A stretch of DNA of 64,000 bases from Candidatus Omnitrophota bacterium (GTDB lineage: Bacteria > Omnitrophota > Gorgyraeia > Duberdicusellales > 4484-171), in the NCBI GenBank assembly GCA_043820815.1, contig JBDRDJ010000025.1, positions 22,459 through 86,458 of the forward strand, read 5' to 3'. Below the pieces are notes generated by a model that saw nothing but the letters and a program-made list of their open reading frames with translations, was not told the DNA's origin and searched no databases. The position numbers and the translations under genes were made by a program. Below, piece after piece: positions 19,509 through 26,835 of this stretch (its first letter is position 1; every line of letters begins with the position of its first letter).

Positions 19509-20349
19509 TTTCTAGAAACTTGATTATGTTTTTATCGGGAAAAAAGCCCAGCTCAAAAGCAGGGCACCTCTGGCCTGCCTTGTGGCAAAAACACAGGCTA
19601 AAAGCCACCGAATCCCTGTTCCAGAAGGGAATGAAACCTGCGGTTATAAGGCGGCAGGCAGCTTCCCGCGAAGAAAGAACGCGTATTCTATTTTCAGGGC
19701 TTTTGGCAAGGAAAAAAATCCCTCCCAAAGGAGCATGGCCCGGAGAATAAGTTTTTGCCTCGCCGTGCCAAGGGGTTCCGTACGCAAATAAACGCCTGTT
19801 TTTGTTTCGGATTATTATCCTGTCGTCGCTAAGGATTAAGGTATTTTTTTCTTTCCTGAAAAAAGAAGTAATCGTGCTTTTTCCCGCTCCCGAGGCGCCG
19901 GCAAAAAGGTAAGCTTTGTTATTTCTAACAATTCCCGCCGCGTGAACCATGATGCCGCGGCCGCCTGAAAGAGAGCTGATTATCGCGATTTCATCAAGAG
20001 GGTAATTTACTATTGAGCCGGCCAAACGCCTGCCTTTAAGCCGGACAGAAGCATGCCGGAAATCATCGCTAAAAACAGCGTCAGAGGCAGTTGTTTTAAT
20101 AAAATATTTGGTATGGCCCTTGTCGGTATTTATTTTGTAAAGAGACCAGCTATCCTTTGCCTTAAACACGGCCTTTCTATATAAATGGCTGTTTGGGAGC
20201 TTTTGGCATAAACAGAGACTTATGTCTATACGGGAGGATTTTTGGCTTAAGAACGATTTAACCGGGTTATTAACAATGTATTTCTCTTTGGTTAAATTTT
20301 CTAAGGATATAGCAATATCACCGATGGAGAAATTAAAAACCTTTCTCAT
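19489..20349 (-). CDS. HPr kinase/phosphorylase-like P-loop protein (RiPP-kinase type)
   Basis: MVHAAGIVRNNKAYLFAGASGAGKSTI...LSDDRIII...GTPWHGE resembles the HprK C-terminal domain as found in lasso-cluster kinases. Confidence 0.7.
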   Translation of the reverse strand: MRKVFNFSIGDIAISLENLTKEKYIVNNPVKSFLSQKSSRIDISLCLCQKLPNSHLYRKAVFKAKDSWSLYKINTDKGHTKYFIKTTASDAVFSDDFRHASVRLKGRRLAGSIVNYPLDEIAIISSLSGGRGIMVHAAGIVRNNKAYLFAGASGAGKSTITSFFRKEKNTLILSDDRIIIRNKNRRLFAYGTPWHGEAKTYSPGHAPLGGIFFLAKSPENRIRVLSSREAACRLITAGFIPFWNRDSVAFSLCFCHKAGQRCPAFELGFFPDKNIIKFLENEVFLP

Positions 20350-20361
20350 TAAACAACCCTG

Positions 20362-20523
20362 TCAGCTTCCTTGGGTGGTTTTACAGCCGGATGTTACCGG
20401 AGGGCAGCGGTCGCTTTTCCCGCCGACTCCGCTTGTGGTTTTACATCCGGTTAAAACAGCCTCTTCTAAAAGAAGCTTTATTTTAGTAAGCTGTGGTTTT
20501 TGATAAACTTTCTTTTTCTTCAT
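20362..20523 (-). CDS. Candidate RiPP precursor peptide (53 aa; below the ORF-track size cutoff)
   Basis: Hand translation gives MKKKKVYQKPQLTKIKLLLEEAVLTGCKTTSGVGGKSDRCPPVTSGCKTTQGS*. GGAGGTGG lies about 4 nt upstream of the ATG. It sits in the 196-nt gap between the rSAM and kinase genes and carries a duplicated GCKTT motif. Confidence 0.65.
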   Translation of the reverse strand: MKKKKVYQKPQLTKIKLLLEEAVLTGCKTTSGVGGKSDRCPPVTSGCKTTQGS

Positions 20524-20545
20524 CTTCCACCTCCTTGTCTTTATG

Positions 20546-21628
20546 TTACCTTATTTTTGCCTTAAGAGCAAGGCCGAGTTTTTCAGCGCGTAAATGCGCG
20601 GTTTGGCAAAGGTAGCTTACAGTGGCCTGATTATCATTATGTTCAAACTGGCTCCACCCCGGGCATTGGCTGCATAGATTGCTTATCTGGCAAATACGGC
20701 AGGGGTTATTGTATGACAACTTCTCTTTTAACGCCTGCGCTATATCATTATTCCAGGCATTGCCAAAAGGCCCCGCGGTTATATCGCAAGAAGGCTTTCT
20801 TGCCATAACGCAGGGGCTTAAATTGCCCTCTGGGTCAATATGAAAAGATGTAACTCCGGCACTGCAATTGTAGATATTGCCTGATTCATTATTCAAGGGG
20901 TATTGTTTTAAGAATTTGTTCCAGGATTCAGATCTTTTTTTATTAGAAAAATCTAAACCAACCGCCTCTTGAGGAGAAATCCTATACCGGCATGGGGCGG
21001 ATGAGCTTTCTATGGTTGAATTGATAGAAGCGTCAATACGGAAGCTTACGCCTAAATCCTCGGCATAGCGGGAGATTGCCTCTATCTCGGCTAAATTAAT
21101 TGTTAAAGCCATTGTTTTTAAGGAAAACTTGACCTTCCTTTCAATTAACCTGTTAATTCCCTCTAAACAGGCTTTAAATGAGCCGGTAACCCCGGTAACC
21201 GCTTCGTAGGTAGAAGATTTTATGCCGTAAAGGCTTATTTCCACATTCAAGGGCGGGTATTCTCTTAAGAAATCGGCAATCTCATCGGTTATAAGTGTCG
21301 CGTTTGTAAAAAGAGTTGTTAATATGCCTTTTTTCTTGGCATAGGCATAAATTTTTGTAAAATCAGGGTGGTAAAGAGGCTCTCCTCCTGTAAATAAAAG
21401 CCATAGGCAGCCGTTTTCTGAGATTTGATCAATTAGCCGGCGCATCTTCTCTATGCCCAGTGGCCTGGGCGAAGCATGTTTTGGGCAGTAGCAATGAACG
21501 CAGGAAAGATTACAGGCAAAGCTAATCTCCCATGTGCCGCTTACAGGTATTCTTTTCTTATGAGCGGTTTTGTAAATTCTTTCCGTGAATTCGCTATATG
21601 ATATATGGGAGGCATAAAGGCAGGTCAT
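20546..21628 (-). CDS. Radical SAM / SPASM-domain peptide-maturase-like enzyme
   Basis: CNLSCVHC (Cx3Cx2C), GGEPL, and a Cys-rich C-terminus (CSAG...GNLSPC...CRICQISNLCSQCPG...LC) typical of SPASM/twitch auxiliary clusters. Confidence 0.8.
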   Translation of the reverse strand: MTCLYASHISYSEFTERIYKTAHKKRIPVSGTWEISFACNLSCVHCYCPKHASPRPLGIEKMRRLIDQISENGCLWLLFTGGEPLYHPDFTKIYAYAKKKGILTTLFTNATLITDEIADFLREYPPLNVEISLYGIKSSTYEAVTGVTGSFKACLEGINRLIERKVKFSLKTMALTINLAEIEAISRYAEDLGVSFRIDASINSTIESSSAPCRYRISPQEAVGLDFSNKKRSESWNKFLKQYPLNNESGNIYNCSAGVTSFHIDPEGNLSPCVMARKPSCDITAGPFGNAWNNDIAQALKEKLSYNNPCRICQISNLCSQCPGWSQFEHNDNQATVSYLCQTAHLRAEKLGLALKAKIR

Positions 21629-21910
21629 TTATTTAGCGGTAACGGCTTTATTGTTTAATAGGGTTTGGATAAACTCGCTTACATCGATTTTAGCCTGGTT
21701 AAGGCTTACCTCAAATTCTTCACTAACTTCGTTTGCGATATCGCCGGTTCTGCGGCTGCCGTCAATCAGCTCCCATATTCTTGCCGCGGTTTCATTTAAC
21801 GCAAAGATATTTTCAAAATCAGCAACTCTGCTCTGGACAGGAACGAGTATGGTTTCATCTCCTATCTTTCTAAAAACGATTTTAGGGTTTTTTTCAACGG
21901 TTTTTACCAT
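21629..21910 (-). CDS. PqqD-family protein (RiPP recognition element)
   Basis: 93 aa. VFRKIGDETILVPV...FALNETAARIWELIDGSRRTGDI...EVSLNQAKIDVSEFIQTLL is a PqqD-like pattern. Its ATG overlaps the wza stop by 7 nt. Confidence 0.8.
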   Translation of the reverse strand: MVKTVEKNPKIVFRKIGDETILVPVQSRVADFENIFALNETAARIWELIDGSRRTGDIANEVSEEFEVSLNQAKIDVSEFIQTLLNNKAVTAK

Positions 21911-23025
21911 TTCATTGCCGTATCAGCAGTGCTTACGCCGGTTGATATAGGGTCAAGTATCTTAGTTAAAAAATAATTTAAGTCAGCCACGAATTTCTTG
22001 GGAACATAGACAATATCCTGGGAGTTTAAGTTGACGTTTTCGATTACTTTGCCTTTGGTAATAGCCTGCGACAGGTTAATCCGTTTAGGCTGAGGATTTT
22101 GGATGCCGCCTTCAACCACAATAACGCTTCTTAGAACCGCATCGTCGGTGAAGCCTCCGGCTAAAGCGACTGCTTCGAGAACGGTTCTTGTATCTTTTAG
22201 CGAATATATGCCCGGCCTTGCCACTTCGCCAAGGACAATTACGCGGTTACCTTCGATTCTTTTAAGCGATATCGAAACATCAGGGTAAATTATATATTCT
22301 CTTAAGCGTTCTGTTACCGCTTTGTCAAGCTCGGAAAGGGTGAATCCCTCGGCTTCTACTTCGTCAATCAGGGGGAAAGAAATTCTTCCGTCCGGCCCCA
22401 CTATTACATCGCGGGTTAAATCGGGATTTTCCCATACGCTTATGTTTATGATATCGCCCACCCCTATCACATATCCTCCGCTTTGAGATTTCAGCGTGCG
22501 GAATGACTTGTTTTGCGGCTGAGGTTCCATGGGGCTCTGTGCTTTTAAGTTTTCCTTCTTGATTGCTTCTATAGCACTTTTGGTTTTAGCCACTTCCTCT
22601 TGGAGCCGGCCCTTGGCGTGCTCTAAGGATTTGCTCTGTTTAAGGGTGCTTTCGAGTTTTTCACTGAGTATTTTAAGTTCGTTATCTTTCTTCGCGACCG
22701 CCTCTTCTAGCGCGCTCTGTTCATTTAGCGATTGTTCTATTTTTGACCGCAGTAAATCGTTATCGAGTTTTAAACTTTTATCATTAGGGTCCAATGCCAA
22801 AGGAACATTTTTACTTTTGTTCTCAAGTAAGATAAGAGGGCGTTTATGGGTTTTGGCCTCAGGCAAAGCCGGTTTGGGCTTGATTGGGGCAGTGCCCGCT
22901 GAATATGCAGCGTCACTTTCCTCTTCTATGCCGGATAAAACTGAATTCTGGTTATAAATGATAATGCCGCCAAAGAAAAGAAAAATTGTTAGAACCGTTA
23001 TGCCTATAAAAGTTTCCTTATGCAT
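21904..23025 (-). CDS. Polysaccharide export protein (Wza/OPX family) with long N-terminal TM + coiled-coil extension
   Basis: The Poly_export core GDIINISVWENPDLTRDVIVGPDGRISFPLIDEVEAEGFTLSEL is followed by an SLBB-like region. The first ~185 aa are a TM helix plus a heptad-rich region. Confidence 0.8.
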   Translation of the reverse strand: MHKETFIGITVLTIFLFFGGIIIYNQNSVLSGIEEESDAAYSAGTAPIKPKPALPEAKTHKRPLILLENKSKNVPLALDPNDKSLKLDNDLLRSKIEQSLNEQSALEEAVAKKDNELKILSEKLESTLKQSKSLEHAKGRLQEEVAKTKSAIEAIKKENLKAQSPMEPQPQNKSFRTLKSQSGGYVIGVGDIINISVWENPDLTRDVIVGPDGRISFPLIDEVEAEGFTLSELDKAVTERLREYIIYPDVSISLKRIEGNRVIVLGEVARPGIYSLKDTRTVLEAVALAGGFTDDAVLRSVIVVEGGIQNPQPKRINLSQAITKGKVIENVNLNSQDIVYVPKKFVADLNYFLTKILDPISTGVSTADTAMKW

Positions 23026-23027
23026 TC

Positions 23028-24128
23028 TTACAAGCTCCCTGTAATATAAATCCTTGTTCCCTGGCTTAAATCAATGGTGCGCGGAGTCTCAAGTTTATTA
23101 CCTTCCTGGTCGTATTCGACATGCACTACCGGGCGCATTGATATTTTGGGATTTTGTTTGATTACCCGGGCGATCTCTTCGGTATTTAATTTAACAAAAG
23201 TCCCCCGCGGATAAATGCCGATTCTCTCAAGCATGATTTTGGCAAGTTTTTCACTGAAAGATTTCTTGTCCTCCAAGATAATCCTTATAGCCTCAAGAGG
23301 TGAATATTCATCACGGTAAGGCCGGGGGTGCGTTAAGGCTTCATAAACGTCTACAAGCCCGATTATCTGGGCGGGTTCGCAAATCTCGTCTTTGGTTAGG
23401 CCTTTGGGGTAGCCGCTTCCGTCAATGCGTTCGTGAACCTGTTCTATGATATCGGCGATTGAGGTGTCGGGCCCGGTTTCATACTGTATACGCTTTATAA
23501 TTTCCGCGCTTGAGACGGGGTAATGTTTAAGCTTTGCTTTTTCTTCATCAGTCAATTTTCTGTTTAACGATATTAAATTACGGTATTCTTTCATTCCGAT
23601 ATCGTGTAAAAAAGCAACGGTACCGAGTTTAAGAAGTTCATCGCGGCCATATCCTAAAACAACGCCTATTTCTAAAGATAAAACACAGACATTTAGAAAA
23701 CTTAAAACCGTAGGGTCAATTTTTTGATCTTTTTGTATTGAGAAAACATATTCGAGAACCTGCTGGTCTTCGGCGTTTACGTAGGTAATTAATTCTTCAA
23801 CAATGCTTTGAACCTGCTTAAGTTCTTTTGATGAGAATTCTAAATCGGTTGAGAAAATCTTCTGGGCCAATGCTACGGCATTGTTGTAGGTGTCTTTTAC
23901 GTCGGCAGGGTCAGGCTGGCTGCCGACACCTTCTTTTATTTCAGAAAATTCAATGCGGCCTGCGCTGTTGGGCTTAGGGTCTGGTTTGCTTTTGGGCGCT
24001 GAGAACCCATCTTTTCCTATAAATGAGGAAAAGTCAATCCCTGAGCTGTCAGGCTTATCTTTCTTTTTTTTGCCGGGAGGTTCTTTTTTTTGGTTCTGGT
24101 TATCAAACATCTCCGAGAAGTCTGTCAT
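23028..24128 (-). CDS. HD-GYP domain protein (putative c-di-GMP phosphodiesterase)
   Basis: FLHDIGM and VHERIDGSGYPKGL motifs, with a disordered Lys/Pro-rich N-terminus. Confidence 0.8.
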   Translation of the reverse strand: MTDFSEMFDNQNQKKEPPGKKKKDKPDSSGIDFSSFIGKDGFSAPKSKPDPKPNSAGRIEFSEIKEGVGSQPDPADVKDTYNNAVALAQKIFSTDLEFSSKELKQVQSIVEELITYVNAEDQQVLEYVFSIQKDQKIDPTVLSFLNVCVLSLEIGVVLGYGRDELLKLGTVAFLHDIGMKEYRNLISLNRKLTDEEKAKLKHYPVSSAEIIKRIQYETGPDTSIADIIEQVHERIDGSGYPKGLTKDEICEPAQIIGLVDVYEALTHPRPYRDEYSPLEAIRIILEDKKSFSEKLAKIMLERIGIYPRGTFVKLNTEEIARVIKQNPKISMRPVVHVEYDQEGNKLETPRTIDLSQGTRIYITGSL

Positions 24129-24208
24129 ATAAAACTCTCCCCTTTGGTTAATTAAAAGGTAAGGTTTTGTACGGGACGGAATAAATTAAAAGAAGCGGCA
24201 TATACCCG

Positions 24209-25003
24209 TTAACTTTCTTCGCGTAAATCACGAGCAACGTGAAGAACAACTTCGTCGCCGATTATATCCAGCCTGCGTATAAAACCGGTTAAAAGCGACA
24301 GGTCGCAGATATTGTTGATTGCACGGGGCATTCCCTTTGAAAGATTAAATATATGCATGTATGTGGTCTCTTCGAAAAGATTTTGAGTTGTTCCGGCGAC
24401 TTTAAGGCGGTATTTGATATATTCTTTTACTTCTTCTTTGTCCAAAGACAACAACTGGTAACGGATTGAAATCCGCTGCTTAAGCTGGGGGAACTTCTCG
24501 ATTTTTTCTTCAAGCTGCGGCTGGCCGCATAAAATCAATGTAAATAATGCATGTGAATCTGCCTGGATATTTAAAAGAAGCCGGATCTCCTCCATCAAAT
24601 CATCATCGGTTATACTTTGAGCTTCGTCAATAAGAAGAACAGGGCGCAGGTCGCGGTTGAAATAATGTTCAAGGCGTTCCTTTATCGAACGAAGCATATC
24701 CATTTTTGTAGTTGCGGGAGAGTATACTCTGTCGCCGCCCATCTGAAAATTAACTTCCTGGATAAACTCAATCGGCGTAAGGCGCGGGTTAGGGATAAAA
24801 TTAACAACGCATTTACCCTCAAGGCACATTTTCATAAGCGCACTGCTTACAAATGTTTTGCCTACACCGTAATCGCCGGTTAAAATTACACCTACCTTTC
24901 TTTGTATTACAGCATATTGCATTCTTGCCAATGCTTCTTTATGGTGCGATGAATAATAAAAGAAAGAAAGGTCATTGGTGTTTTCAAACGGCATTTTTTG
25001 CAA
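24209..25003 (-). CDS. ExeA/GspA-like AAA ATPase
   Basis: Walker A GDYGVGKT and Walker B LLIDEAQ, with the typical ExeA-like layout. The track start is TTG. An ATG 9 nt downstream (MPFENT) is equally plausible. Confidence 0.7.
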   Translation of the reverse strand: MQKMPFENTNDLSFFYYSSHHKEALARMQYAVIQRKVGVILTGDYGVGKTFVSSALMKMCLEGKCVVNFIPNPRLTPIEFIQEVNFQMGGDRVYSPATTKMDMLRSIKERLEHYFNRDLRPVLLIDEAQSITDDDLMEEIRLLLNIQADSHALFTLILCGQPQLEEKIEKFPQLKQRISIRYQLLSLDKEEVKEYIKYRLKVAGTTQNLFEETTYMHIFNLSKGMPRAINNICDLSLLTGFIRRLDIIGDEVVLHVARDLREES

Positions 25004-25083
25004 ACCCCAATATTCGGTATAAATAATAACCCCCTTCTATTTTTATTTAATCGCAAAATAAAAGGAATTTCAAGAATTATCTG

Positions 25084-25641
25084 CTATTTTTGAACCCAGA
25101 CATACTGCCCCTGCGAATCATCGTAAATTTCAAACCAGAAGCCCTGCTGTGTCCGGGCAAAGTCATCCTTGAAGAAAATCTTCTGGACTTCTTCAATGTC
25201 AGCTTCATTTTTTTCGGCAGTTTCCGCAAAAATCTTATAACGGTCGCTATTTTCCTCATTAATTAAGATTACGATTCCAGTTTTAATGTCTTCGGGAACA
25301 TTGGCTCTTAAAACAACTAATGCATTTCTGTTCTCGCCTAAATAGCCGCTTTCAAAATACTTTTGTAATGCGGGAAATCTTAATTTTCTTCTTTCAACCG
25401 CCTCCTGAGCCGCGGCAGGAAGTTCCTGGGCGTAAACTTCGTTGATAAAAAATAAAGAATTAAGCTGTTTATTTTTGGTTCCGTATATTTCATCGTTGAT
25501 GGATTCAACGTCTTCAATCACATGCTGGTATATATCAACCCGCATATTAATATCCAGCTGTATAGGTTTTGTTGTTTCAACTCTCAGTTTTGTGCATCCC
25601 AAAAGGGCAATGATCAGGATTGCAATCATGGTTTTTCTCAT
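25084..25641 (-). CDS. Lipoprotein: YnbE-like N-terminal segment fused to YdbL-like (DUF1318) domain
   Basis: Lipobox ALLGC. GCTKLRVETTKPIQLDINMRVDIYQHV resembles E. coli YnbE (recalled from memory). The C-terminus GYLGENRNALV...NEENSDRYKIF...WVQK resembles DUF1318/YdbL. Confidence 0.5.
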   Translation of the reverse strand: MRKTMIAILIIALLGCTKLRVETTKPIQLDINMRVDIYQHVIEDVESINDEIYGTKNKQLNSLFFINEVYAQELPAAAQEAVERRKLRFPALQKYFESGYLGENRNALVVLRANVPEDIKTGIVILINEENSDRYKIFAETAEKNEADIEEVQKIFFKDDFARTQQGFWFEIYDDSQGQYVWVQK

Positions 25642-25674
25642 AAGTTACCTCCTTCATATTTACAAAACTTTTTA

Positions 25675-26835
25675 TTACTTCTTTTGTGAAATAACTTTAT
25701 GCAAATTAAACTGAAGATTTCTTTTCCCGTGTATTTGTGAAATGAATTCAAGGTTTATTGCGGTTGTTTGGCCGCCGAACTCAATGGTTATTATACTTTT
25801 ATTGTACTGGTAATTTTTCATATTGTCAATGAAGGCTTCGTATGATTCTTTATCCAAATAACGCCTTAAAAAGCTCAGCGCCTGCCTGTCTTTAATAATA
25901 ACTGTACCGCCGTTTTCATTTATGAGTTTTCCCTCAATCTGGAAGGCAGATTTACCGATAAAGCTGGCGTTAAGGCTGCCTGTAAAGTTTCCTTCCAGCG
26001 CTAGTTTATCTTTGCCGATTAAAAGGTCGGCGAGCTCTTTTAAAGAGAGGTTTTGCAGATTGAAACTAAGAGACGGTTTGGTAAGCCCGAATAACCTTAA
26101 ATTTCCCCAAGCCTCGAATTGTTCACCCAGCAAGCCGGTTTTAAGTTTGTCTACTGAAATGCCTTCGGGAGCAATCTCGAATTCACCTTTAATTTCGGGA
26201 AGGTTGTTGTTTTGAATCTTTAAATAAGAAATGTTAAATTCATTAATATTTTTATCGTTTGATGCAGCCGCAATGTTAAGCGCCGCCGATAAGTGACGGT
26301 TTCTAAAAATAACCGGTTCCGCGCTGATGTTTTGCAATGAAGTAATTCGATTATCTTTGATTTTTGCACTAAAGCCGGCAATACCGCCTAAAAAAATTTC
26401 TTTGGATCCCCTAATGTCAAAAATACAATTTTCGCAATGGATTGTAAGAGGCAGACTTTCTTTATTCCTTGGTTTCCGGGCGAATACTTCCGTCAAATAT
26501 TTAATAAACATTTTTATATTTTCAGAAGTTAATTTTGCATATTTCAGGCTTATTTTTTTGGGAAAATATTCCAGTTTTTTAGTAATTTCAAAATCAATGC
26601 GCATTTTTGCAACAAATAATTTCATTGCCGGATGCTGCATGGTAAAATCATCAAATTCGACATAACGCAATCCCGCCTTTGAATTGCGCAGTTTACAAAC
26701 AGCGTTAAAATCCCTGCTAATATTATCTATAACGTACTGGGTGTATATGAAAGATTTAACCTGAAAAATTGTGAAAAAAATTATAATAACAGCAATAATA
26801 ATAAAAAACGCAAGAATTTTGATTTTTTTATTCAT
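25675..26835 (-). CDS. N-terminally anchored YdbH/AsmA-like protein (short form)
   Basis: Single N-terminal TM followed by a predicted beta-rich body. It lies directly upstream of the YnbE/YdbL-like gene, mirroring the ydbH-ynbE-ydbL order. The call rests mostly on context. Confidence 0.35.
   Translation of the reverse strand: MNKKIKILAFFIIIAVIIIFFTIFQVKSFIYTQYVIDNISRDFNAVCKLRNSKAGLRYVEFDDFTMQHPAMKLFVAKMRIDFEITKKLEYFPKKISLKYAKLTSENIKMFIKYLTEVFARKPRNKESLPLTIHCENCIFDIRGSKEIFLGGIAGFSAKIKDNRITSLQNISAEPVIFRNRHLSAALNIAAASNDKNINEFNISYLKIQNNNLPEIKGEFEIAPEGISVDKLKTGLLGEQFEAWGNLRLFGLTKPSLSFNLQNLSLKELADLLIGKDKLALEGNFTGSLNASFIGKSAFQIEGKLINENGGTVIIKDRQALSFLRRYLDKESYEAFIDNMKNYQYNKSIITIEFGGQTTAINLEFISQIHGKRNLQFNLHKVISQKK

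Noticed and set aside
20222-20503. 93-aa plus-strand ORF from the track covering the rSAM-kinase gap
   Set aside because: It is antisense to the better-supported 53-aa minus-strand ORF, which has a strong RBS, the operon orientation and RiPP-like composition. The plus ORF overlaps the kinase gene start and has no RBS or recognisable motif.
25745-25762. A second Rex-like site, TTGTGAAATGAATTCAAG
   Set aside because: Only the left half-site matches and the right half is poor. The site lies inside the 3' coding region of the YdbH-like gene, not near a promoter.
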